Shown in pieces: positions 39,506 through 48,525 of a stretch of 64,000 nucleotides of DNA. The position numbers and the translations under genes are program-made. Position 1 is the stretch's first letter, and every line of letters starts with the position of its first letter. The notes beneath the pieces were generated by a model. It ran no database searches. It was given only the letters and a program-made list of their open reading frames with translations, and was not told the origin of the DNA. Source of the stretch: an uncultured delta proteobacterium (GTDB taxonomy: Bacteria > Myxococcota_A > Polyangia > Polyangiales > Polyangiaceae); contig CAVQUB010000004.1 of NCBI GenBank assembly GCA_963716725.1, positions 110,277 through 174,276 of the forward strand. Reading direction: 5' to 3'.

Positions 39506-41512
39506 ATGAGTCGCGAGTTCACTGACGGTCAAATCGTCCCCGGCACTCGCTATCGAGTGCGCGGCCACCTGGGCTCCGGGGGCATGGGTTCGGTGTACCT
39601 CGTGGAGCACACCGAGCTGGGCAAAGAGTTCGTGCTCAAGGCCCTGTTTCGCGAGCTCGCCGGACGCAAAGATCTGGTCGCGCGGCTCCGCCAAGAGTGG
39701 CGGTCCCTCGCGCGCCTGAACCACCCGAACATCGTCAACGTCACCGACGCCGGGACCAGCGACAACGGTGCTCCTTTCTACGTGATGGAGCGCGTCGCGG
39801 GCGAGACGCTGGGGCAACTGCTCGAGCGCGAGCACGCGCTCAGCGTGCCGCGGGCCATCGGTATCGCCGCTGCAGTGCTCGACGGGCTCAGCGCCGCCCA
39901 CGAGATCGGCATCGTGCACCGCGACGTCAAACCTCCGAACATCTTCGTGGTGGCCGGCGGCGGGGTGCGCCTGCTCGACTTCGGCGTGGCCAAGCTCGCC
40001 GACCAGAGCGCCGAGGTGATCACCGCGCGGGGAGTCGCCATCGGTACGCCCCGCTACATGTCGCCAGAGCAGGCCCGGGGCCAAGCCGTCGACGCGCGGA
40101 CCGATTTGTACGCCGTCGGCCTGGTGCTCTTCGAGTCCATCGCGGGCGAAGGCCCCTTCGACGCCGCCCGGGACGCCAACGAGCTCCTGATCGCTCACCT
40201 GTCCAAGCCAGTGCCACGACTCTCCAGCTTTCACCGCGGAGTGTCCGCGGAGCTCGACGACATCGTGATGAGCCTGCTCGCGAAAGATCCAAACGCCCGG
40301 CCCAAGACCGCGCGCGACGTCGCGGCGACGCTACGCGGCCTGATCAGGCGCAGCGCGCACCTGCCGTCGATCAGCGGCTCGACTCCCCACGCCGGGTACC
40401 AGGCGCCCACCGTCAACGCGATCACCGCGCTTCCGCCCACGCGACCCGAGGGCGCCGCGCGCAATTCCGAGCCGCCCACGATCAACGCGCCGCTCGGGCT
40501 CGACGGCGTCGCGCGTCGCAATTCCGAGCCGCCCACGATCAACGCGCCGCTCGGGCTCGACGGCGTCGCGGGCCGCAAGTCCGAGTCCCCCACGATCAAC
40601 GCGCCGCTCGGGCTCGACGGCGTCGCGCGTCGCTCGAACCCGCCTCCAGGCGCGACCACGACCGTGATCGGCACCCCAGTGCTCGCCGGCGGCACCACGC
40701 TGTCTGCATCGGCGCCGACGCGACCCGGGATGGACTGGGCGAAGGACGGGTTCCAGACGGTCGCCGCGTCCAGTGACGGCCTGCTCGGAGTCGAAGACAC
40801 CCTGGTCGCATCGGCTCCGCCGTCGGCCATTCAGGCGTTGCCGCTGGGCGCCGATCACACGTTGCCCATCGACAGCCCCGTCGCGCCCGCGCCAAACGAA
40901 GCGCTGACCCGCACCTCCATTCCCGTAGCCGCCCTCGTCCGCCCGCCGTCCGCAGGCTGGTCCACGCCGGACCCGTCGCCGCTGCCCTACGGATTCGTCG
41001 AGACTCCGCCGCCGTTCATGTCGGCGACGCCCGAGCCTCCGGCGCGCGCCGCGGCGGCGAGCCGCCTCCCCTTTGTGCTGGCTGGGCTCGCCATGCTGAT
41101 TTTGGTCGCGGGCGTCGGCGCGTTCTTGTCGCTGCGACCCGCGCCAATCGTTCCCGGCGTCGCGGCGGCTTCGGACGTCGAGGGCATGCCCGCGGCTTCC
41201 ATCCCAGTCGGTCCCGCCGCCGAGCCCGCGCCCACGGCCGCCGAGTCCGCGCCCACGGCCGCCGAGTCCGCGCCCACGGCCGCCGAGTCCGCGCCAAAGG
41301 CCGCTGGGTCCGCGCCCACGGCCGCCGAGTCCGCGCCAAAGGCCGCCGGACCCGCGCCAAAGGCCGCTGGGCCCGTGGCCCCGATCCCGGTCGCACCCGC
41401 TGCCAAGGCCCAGCCGTCGACCCAGAAAATCCAGAAAACCCCGCAAAAACCCCAGGGAAAGCCCGTGGCCAGCAAGCCCACTCCGGCTCAACTCCCCGGT
41501 TCGGGCCTGTGA
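39506..41512 (+). CDS. Membrane Ser/Thr protein kinase
   Basis: GSGGMGSV, HRDVKPPN, DFG, GTPRYMSPE; TM; ends LPGSGL. Confidence 0.95.
   Translation: MSREFTDGQIVPGTRYRVRGHLGSGGMGSVYLVEHTELGKEFVLKALFRELAGRKDLVARLRQEWRSLARLNHPNIVNVTDAGTSDNGAPFYVMERVAGETLGQLLEREHALSVPRAIGIAAAVLDGLSAAHEIGIVHRDVKPPNIFVVAGGGVRLLDFGVAKLADQSAEVITARGVAIGTPRYMSPEQARGQAVDARTDLYAVGLVLFESIAGEGPFDAARDANELLIAHLSKPVPRLSSFHRGVSAELDDIVMSLLAKDPNARPKTARDVAATLRGLIRRSAHLPSISGSTPHAGYQAPTVNAITALPPTRPEGAARNSEPPTINAPLGLDGVARRNSEPPTINAPLGLDGVAGRKSESPTINAPLGLDGVARRSNPPPGATTTVIGTPVLAGGTTLSASAPTRPGMDWAKDGFQTVAASSDGLLGVEDTLVASAPPSAIQALPLGADHTLPIDSPVAPAPNEALTRTSIPVAALVRPPSAGWSTPDPSPLPYGFVETPPPFMSATPEPPARAAAASRLPFVLAGLAMLILVAGVGAFLSLRPAPIVPGVAAASDVEGMPAASIPVGPAAEPAPTAAESAPTAAESAPTAAESAPKAAGSAPTAAESAPKAAGPAPKAAGPVAPIPVAPAAKAQPSTQKIQKTPQKPQGKPVASKPTPAQLPGSGL
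40463..40633 (+). repeat. 3 x 57-bp coding tandem repeat (NSEPPTINAPLGLDGVARR)
   Basis: Directly visible. Confidence 0.9.
41228..41372 (+). repeat. About 7 x 21-bp coding tandem repeat (AP[T/K]AA[E/G][S/P])
   Basis: Directly visible. Confidence 0.85.
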
Positions 41513-41588
41513 CGCCGCGGACGCTGGACGAAGCCGCGAGCTTGCCGTAAGTTCCGCGCCCCTCACCGGGACCCCTCGGCGAGGAGAA

Positions 41589-41680
41589 CCCACGTCTCGA
41601 AGCGCGAACGACCGGATCCGGTGTTCGATGAGCACGACGCTCATCGGGCTCCCCGGCGCGGGACGGAGGCTCAACCGGAA
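41589..41680 (+). promoter_or_regulatory. Putative rpsB (S2) leader regulatory RNA
   Basis: GGAGGCTCAACC at 41665-41676 resembles the GGAGGCATAACC element of proteobacterial rpsB leaders; correct position. Confidence 0.45.
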
Positions 41681-41693
41681 AGGAATGCGCATC

Positions 41694-42584
<891 letters not shown>

Positions 42585-42612
42585 ACCGACGCTGATTTCA
42601 GGAGACAGACAG

Positions 42613-43539
42613 ATGAGCCAAATCAGCATGCAGCAGGTCAAGGAGCTTCGTGATCGCACCGCGGCGGGTCTCAACGACTGCCGGAGCGCGCTCATGGAAG
42701 CGTCCGGTGACATGGAGAAGGCTGTGGAGATCATCCTCAAGAAGGGCCTCGCCAAGAGCGCGAAGCGCGCCGGCGCTGTGGCCAGCGAGGGTGAAGTCGC
42801 AGCGTGGGTCGCGGCCGACGGGCTGTCGGGCGTGATGGTCGAGGTCAACATCCAGACCGACTTCGCGGCGCGCAACGACGACTTCAAGGCCTTCGTGCAG
42901 AAAATCGTCGACGTCGCGAGCCGGGCCAAGGGCGGCGCAGATCTGAGCGCGGAGCCCTTCCCCGGCGGCGGCAGCGTCGAAGAGGCGCGGCAGGCTCTGG
43001 TCGGCAAACTCGGTGAGAACATCATCGTGCGCCGCTGGGATCGCCTGGTGGTCGACGGCGGCAAGGTCCACGCCTACGTGCACATGGGCGGTAAGGTCGG
43101 CGTGTTGGTAGCGGTGCAGGCCGCTGCCGCCGGCGCGAGTGCCAAGCCCGAGTTTGCCAAATTCGTCGACGACCTGGCGATGCAAGCCGCAGCGATGAGC
43201 CCGTTTTGGCTCGCGAAGAGCGACGTGCCGGAGGCAGACAAGCAGAAGCAGATCCGGGTCTTCGACGCGCAGCTCGCCGATGAGGGTAAGCCCGAGGCCG
43301 CGCGCCCCAAGATCATCGAGGGCAAGCTGGGCAAGTGGATGAAGGAAGTGTGCTTGCTCGAGCAAGAGAGCGTGATCGAATCGGGCAAGACCATCGATCA
43401 GCTGCGCGCGGAGCTCGGCAAGGCCGTCGGCGGCGACGTCGCGGTCAAGCAGTTCGCTCGCTTCCAGCTCGGCGAAGGCATCGAGAAGCCCACCGGCGAC
43501 GAGTTCGCGGCCGAGGTCGCGAAGATGGCCGGCAACTGA
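42613..43539 (+). CDS. tsf: Elongation factor Ts
   Basis: VKELRDRTAAG, EVNIQTDFAARN, KLGENI, YVH..GKVGVLV, RFQLGEGIEK. Confidence 0.97.
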   Translation: MSQISMQQVKELRDRTAAGLNDCRSALMEASGDMEKAVEIILKKGLAKSAKRAGAVASEGEVAAWVAADGLSGVMVEVNIQTDFAARNDDFKAFVQKIVDVASRAKGGADLSAEPFPGGGSVEEARQALVGKLGENIIVRRWDRLVVDGGKVHAYVHMGGKVGVLVAVQAAAAGASAKPEFAKFVDDLAMQAAAMSPFWLAKSDVPEADKQKQIRVFDAQLADEGKPEAARPKIIEGKLGKWMKEVCLLEQESVIESGKTIDQLRAELGKAVGGDVAVKQFARFQLGEGIEKPTGDEFAAEVAKMAGN

Positions 43540-43585
43540 TCTGATCGGTCCGCTTTGGAGCGGACGCTGACCGGCTGACTGAAGG

Positions 43586-43617
43586 AGCGCGTCGGGCGAG
43601 AGCTCGGCGCGCTTTTT
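43586..43617 (+). terminator. Rho-independent terminator after tsf
   Basis: AGCGCGTCGGGC-GAGA-GCTCGGCGCGCT stem with GNRA loop, followed by a T run. Confidence 0.85.
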
Positions 43618-43709
43618 CGTGCGCGGTCGCCCGCGCGGTGCGGGTGCAGCAGGTTGCGACGAGGTGAATGTCGCCGTGGGCGCCAAGCGGGTGCGCACGC
43701 TCACCCGCG

Positions 43710-44705
43710 TCAACGCTTCTGCCGCACGGCAGCCACCCAATTTGCGTGCTCCGCGTACCACGTCACGGTGTCGGCGATCCCCTGCTCGAACGAGCGCTCG
43801 GGGCGCCAGCCGAGCTCGGTCTGGATCTTGGTCGCGTCGATGGCGTAGCGCCGATCGTGTCCCGGCCGGTCGGGCACGAATCGGATGAGCTCACGGCTCT
43901 GACCCACGCGCCGCCCGAGGTGCGCGTCCACGGCGTCGGCGATCCGTTCGACGAGGTGCAGGTTCACCCACTCGTTGTTAGCGCCGACGTTGTAGGTCTC
44001 ACCGACGCGGCCTCGCGTGAGCACGCACCAGAGGGCCCGACAGTGGTCCTGGACGTGCAGCCAGTCGCGTACGTGCAGGCCGTCGCCGTAGACGGGGATC
44101 GGATCGTCGCGGAGCGCGGCTGCGATGACGACGGGGATCAGCTTCTCCGGGTGCTGATAGGGGCCGTAGTTGTTGGAGCAGTTGGTCACGACGGTGGGCA
44201 GCCCGTAGGTGTGATGATAGGCGCGAGTCAGCATGTCCCCAGCGGCCTTGCTCGCCGAGTACGGTGATCGCGGAGCGTAGGGCGTGTGCTCGCTGAACCT
44301 GCCGTCGGGGCCGAGGCTGCCGTAGACCTCGTCGGTGGACACGTGCACGAGCCGTTCGAGGCCGTTGGCCCGCGCGGCCTCGAGCAGGTGAAAGCTGCCG
44401 ACCACGTTGGTGTGGATGAAGTCGGCGGGCGCCGCGATGGAACGATCCACGTGGGACTCGGCGGCGAGGTGCAACACGTGAGTCGGATTGTGGCGACGGA
44501 ACACCTCGACCACGCGGTCGCGATGGCGGAGGTCGACCTGCTCGAAGCCGTGACGCGGATCGTCGATGTCGGCCAGGCTCTCGCGGTGTCCCGCGTAGGT
44601 CAGCGCATCGAGGTTCACCACGCGCTCGACCTCCGGCTGGGCGATCAGGAGCCGAACCAAGTTCGAGCCGATGAAGCCCGCGCCGCCGGTGACGAGAACG
44701 CGCAC
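43710..44705 (-). CDS. rfbB: dTDP-glucose 4,6-dehydratase
   Basis: TGGAGFIGS, DALTYAG, AAESHVDRS, STDEVYG, YSASK, DRPGHDRRY. Confidence 0.97.
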   Translation of the reverse strand: MRVLVTGGAGFIGSNLVRLLIAQPEVERVVNLDALTYAGHRESLADIDDPRHGFEQVDLRHRDRVVEVFRRHNPTHVLHLAAESHVDRSIAAPADFIHTNVVGSFHLLEAARANGLERLVHVSTDEVYGSLGPDGRFSEHTPYAPRSPYSASKAAGDMLTRAYHHTYGLPTVVTNCSNNYGPYQHPEKLIPVVIAAALRDDPIPVYGDGLHVRDWLHVQDHCRALWCVLTRGRVGETYNVGANNEWVNLHLVERIADAVDAHLGRRVGQSRELIRFVPDRPGHDRRYAIDATKIQTELGWRPERSFEQGIADTVTWYAEHANWVAAVRQKR

Positions 44706-44706
44706 C

Positions 44707-46125
44707 TCAGTACTTGCGCTTCCCCCGGCGCGGAGCCGGAAAATCGGGGAGACTGCGGTCCAGTTCGGTCCACTCCCTCAGCAGCGCTTCCGCCAGCTTC
44801 TGCTTGCCGAGGTCGTCTTGTTCTCCCGGATCGCTCACGAGGTCGAAGATCTGCGGCACCTGCTCGGTCTCGGTCACCACGATCTTCTTGTGGTTGCGGA
44901 TGAGGGCACGTCGCCGAGGGGCCTGATCGGTGTAGGGCATGTCGATCACGATGTCTCGCGCTGGGGGCCGCGCGCCTCCGATCTCGGGGACGAGGCTGGT
45001 GCCGCGAAACGATTTCGGCGCGTCCACCCCCGCCAGCTCACAGATCGTGCGTGCGAGATCGATGTGGCTCCGCCGCGCGTCGACCCGCCCTGGCTTCACC
45101 CCAGGCACGCGGATGAGGAGCGGCACGCGGGTGAGTACCTCCCACAGGGTGTAGCCGTGCTCGAAGGTGCTCTTGTGTTCGCCGAAGGCTTCGCCGTGGT
45201 CTGCGCTCACGATCACGGCCGTTCGGTGGGCCCAGGGCTGTTTGTCGATGAAGTCGAGGACTCGGCCGACTTGCGCGTCAGTGAACAGGACCTCGCCATC
45301 GTAGAGGTTCTTCAGCGATTGCCCCACGCTGCCCAGCGCCACCCCCGGCGCGACCACATCGCCGCCGCCCTTCGCAGCGCTCGGCGAGCCGCCGTCCTCG
45401 TAGGCGGAGCCCGTGAAGCGCGGCTGCCCCTCGTGCCGCGCGTAGGCAAAGTGAGGATCCATGAAGTGGGCCCAAGCGAAGAAGCGTGCGCCGGAGGCCT
45501 GCGCGCCGAGGGCTTCGATGAACATGTCCGCGAGCTTGTCGTCGACGATGTGCCCCTCGCGTGCGGGCAGGGTGGTGATCTTGGGCACGACGCGCCAGTC
45601 GTCGAAGCCCTGGCGCATGCCCGTGTCGCCCTGAAAGTACACGTGGCCGTGCGCCGCCAGCGTCTTCACGGCCGCGCCCTTCAAGACCTCGGCGAGCATC
45701 AGCGCTTCTTCGCCGAAGGCGCTGGTCGCCAGCCCGCTGCGCGGCAACTCCGAGGGGTAGCGCGCGCTCATCAGGCCGCCCAGCGACATGGACGTGTAGC
45801 TCGAGAGCGCGTAGGCGTGGGTGTAGACCACGCTCTTGTCCGCGAGGCGCGTGAGGTTTGGCGCGATGGGACGCGGGTAGCCGAGCCAGGGCATGTCTGC
45901 CCGCAGCGCGTCGACGGTGATGAGCACCACGTTCAGATCGCGCGGGAACTGGGGGACCGGCGCGGGCGGGGTGGGGAATACGGTTGGCGGCGCGGTGGGG
46001 GACGGACCCGCTGAGGGGAAGGGCCCGGCGGGCTTCGGGCGATCGTTGCAGCCGACCAGAGCGGTGGCGGCGATCAGTAAGGTCGAAGCAACGGAGGAGT
46101 TCAGCGACAACGGCGGCGATCCCAC
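44707..46125 (-). CDS. Sulfatase/alkaline-phosphatase superfamily lipoprotein
   Basis: LVGC lipobox, LITVDALRAD, SYTSMS, HFMDPH, YDGEV, SADHGE, RVPLLI. Confidence 0.9.
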   Translation of the reverse strand: MGSPPLSLNSSVASTLLIAATALVGCNDRPKPAGPFPSAGPSPTAPPTVFPTPPAPVPQFPRDLNVVLITVDALRADMPWLGYPRPIAPNLTRLADKSVVYTHAYALSSYTSMSLGGLMSARYPSELPRSGLATSAFGEEALMLAEVLKGAAVKTLAAHGHVYFQGDTGMRQGFDDWRVVPKITTLPAREGHIVDDKLADMFIEALGAQASGARFFAWAHFMDPHFAYARHEGQPRFTGSAYEDGGSPSAAKGGGDVVAPGVALGSVGQSLKNLYDGEVLFTDAQVGRVLDFIDKQPWAHRTAVIVSADHGEAFGEHKSTFEHGYTLWEVLTRVPLLIRVPGVKPGRVDARRSHIDLARTICELAGVDAPKSFRGTSLVPEIGGARPPARDIVIDMPYTDQAPRRRALIRNHKKIVVTETEQVPQIFDLVSDPGEQDDLGKQKLAEALLREWTELDRSLPDFPAPRRGKRKY

Positions 46126-46256
46126 TCGCCCAGTTTAGCCGAGGTGATCGCCGGAAGGCTGCTTCCATGAGCACGCGGAGCGCTGTTCGGGCGTTGCCGG
46201 GGAGGGTTGCAGCGGGACGGTGCGGGATGCAGGGTCTGGGCGCGGCCGTCGTCGTG

Positions 46257-46479
46257 ACCACGAGCTTGCCGCCGATCCACCACGAGCTTGCCGCCGATCC
46301 ACCACGAGCTTGCCGCCGATCCACCACGAGCTTGCCGCCGATCCACCACGAGCCTGCCGCCGATCCACCACGAGCTTGCCGCCGATCCACCATGAGCTTG
46401 CCCGCCGATCCACCACGAGCTTGCCCGCCGATCCACCACGAGCTTGCCCGCCGATCCACCATGAGCTTGCCGCCGATCC
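46257..46479 (+). repeat. 10 x 22/23-bp tandem array (ACCAYGAGCTTGCC(C)GCCGATCC)
   Basis: Counted directly: seven 22-bp and three 23-bp units, no spacers. Confidence 0.95.
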
Positions 46480-47009
46480 TCTCAGTCGTCTTCGTCCTCA
46501 CCCTCGTCTCGGGCTCCACCACGGGATGTGGCGCCAAGCCGAACCGGACGCGCGACGCTGCGGTCGTGACGGGGGCGGCCCTCGTCACGGCCGGCGTCTA
46601 CCGCGCGACGACTGGCGGGTGCTGGGCTCAGTGTTCCCCCGGCCGCTACTGCAACCGAAGGACCGGCACCTGCGAGGAGCTACCCCGCTCCGGGCCGAGG
46701 GGCGCAGCGCCTTCCGCGAGCGCAACGCCTTCCGCGAGCGCAGCGCCGCCAGGGGGCGACTGGTGGGAAACCGGCGACGGCGCGTGCCCCGCGGGCGCGA
46801 CCATCGACAGGAACCCGTCCGAGGAGGGTGACCGAGTGATCTTGTGCAGCCGCGCGGACGGCACTCCGCACGGATCTGCGACCTTCTTCTACCCGAACGG
46901 CCGGCGCGAGATGCACGGCGAGTATCGCGACGGCAAACCCATTGGCACCTGGCGGCATTGGGACGAAGACGGGACGCCCGGCAAGTCGGAGCAGCTCGGC
47001 GAGAAGTGA
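46461..47009 (+). CDS. Lipoprotein with Cys-rich segment and MORN-variant/YwqK-like repeats
   Basis: Signal ending TTGC; C..C..C..C; HGSATFFYPNG..GEYRDGKPIGTWRHWDEDG. Confidence 0.75.
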   Translation: MSLPPILSVVFVLTLVSGSTTGCGAKPNRTRDAAVVTGAALVTAGVYRATTGGCWAQCSPGRYCNRRTGTCEELPRSGPRGAAPSASATPSASAAPPGGDWWETGDGACPAGATIDRNPSEEGDRVILCSRADGTPHGSATFFYPNGRREMHGEYRDGKPIGTWRHWDEDGTPGKSEQLGEK

Positions 47010-47016
47010 GGCGCGC

Positions 47017-47100
47017 CGCCGAGCGGGCAACCGCCGAACGGGCAACCGCCGAGCGGGCAACGGCCGAGCGGGCAACCCCCGAGCGGGCAACCCCCGAGCG
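47017..47100 (+). repeat. About 5.6 x 15-bp tandem repeat (CGCCGAGCGGGCAAC)
   Basis: Directly visible. Confidence 0.9.
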
Positions 47101-47349
47101 TAGTCTTGCTCGGTAGTCGGGCCGGACGCGCGCAAGAAGCGACGCGTTCACGATCACTTACGACTGCGGCGACGGCGCTCGTCCCGCACGCACAATTTCG
47201 CAGGCCTACTTCCGGAATGCCCCCCCGCCGGCGCCGCAGCCCTGAGGGGCCTCGAGCGGAGCCCTTCCCAAGCGTTCGGCGTCGGTTCGGTGCGGCAGGC
47301 GGAAATGGAGCACGGTCGGTGGCACCCGCGCACCGAGGACGCGCTTCGT

Positions 47350-47646
47350 GACGACCCTTGGAAGTCCCTGGCGAGGGACGACCCTTGGAAGTCCCTGGCG
47401 AGGGACGACCCTTGGAAGTCCCTGGCGAGGGACGACCCTTGGAAGTCCCTGGCGAGGGACGACCCTTGGAAGTCCCTGGCGAGGGGCGACCCTTGGAAGT
47501 CCCTGGCGAGGGACGACCCTTGGAAGTCCCTGGCGAGGGGCGACCCTTGGAAGTCCCTGGCGAGGGACGACCCTTGGAAGTCCCTGGCGAGGGGCGACCC
47601 TTGGACGACCCCGGGAAGTACCCGGAGGGGCAAGTCCCCGACGGGG
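47350..47646 (+). repeat. E1 array: 9 x 27-bp units plus a 54-bp structured tail
   Basis: G[A/G]CGACCCTTGGAAGTCCCTGGCGAGG x9; total 297 bp = 11 x 27. Confidence 0.95.
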
Positions 47647-47802
47647 GACACTCGAAGGGGTGAAACGAGCGCTCTCTACTTCGAGGTCCGGCCCTGCGCG
47701 CCCGCGGCCCGGCGCGGAGCATCGCGGAAGCCGCGCCTGCGCGTGATGTCGACGAGCGCAGGCAGGAACCGGAAACCTTCGCTTCACGTGCGCGCTGCCA
47801 CA

Positions 47803-47880
47803 CCCGCGACGCTGCCGCTGCCAAGCCCACCAACGGCAATCCGTGCACGACCCGTTTGTCAGGGGGTGTGCAAGCACCGT
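47803..47880 (-). repeat. ~78-bp element homologous to 2510-2586
   Basis: Manual alignment; ends in GGGGGTGTGCAAGCACCGT, also seen at 970-988. Confidence 0.7.
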
Positions 47881-48525
47881 GGTTCTGGCGCACGCTTCAG
47901 CCGGCTGCGAATCGAAAAGAACGCATCTCGTACGATTTCGACACGTTTCTCGACGCACGACGCACGCGAGTGACGCGTCGTTCGAAACTTGCCGCGTGCG
48001 AGCGCGAGGACGATCCACGACGGCGCTCTGGCTCCCGGATGACTTTCGACGCGTCGAGCTGCGCGTTCGTTGCTCTCGGTGGCAGCTGCGAGGCCGAAAA
48101 TCCTCGTGGTATGCCGGAGACATGTTCGCGCTCGACGCTCTCGAGAACCAGGCTCTCCTCGCGCGTTTGCCCAGCCTTCGGGCTCTCGAACGCGAAGCCA
48201 CCGCCGAGCTCATCGCGTACCTCTGCGAGCTCGACCGCCGCCGCTTGTACACAGCGGTGGCTTGCTCGTCGCTCTCCTCGTATTGCACCGAGCGGCTCGG
48301 CTACTCCGAGAACGAGGCCCAGGTGCGGGTCGGGGTCGCTCGACTTTGCCAGCGTCTGCCCCAGGCCCTCGACGAGCTCCGGAGCGGGCGAATCCACCTG
48401 ACCGGCCTGTTCCTCCTGTCGGGGCGGCTGACCTCGGAGAACGCCGATGCCCTGCTCGCCGAAGCTCGGGGCAAGTCTCGGCGTGACCTCGAGTGTTTGC
48501 TGGCCCGCTGGTTCCACCCCTTCGG

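Noticed and set aside
46257..46479. CRISPR array
   Set aside because: No spacers; simple tandem repeat
47350..47646. CRISPR array or TIGR-like guide array
   Set aside because: Units are contiguous and near-identical with no unique spacers; no cas or Nop-domain gene in the window
46889..48288. Repeat-encoded ORFs in all six frames
   Set aside because: Open only because the E1 unit lacks stops; no protein-like content or RBS
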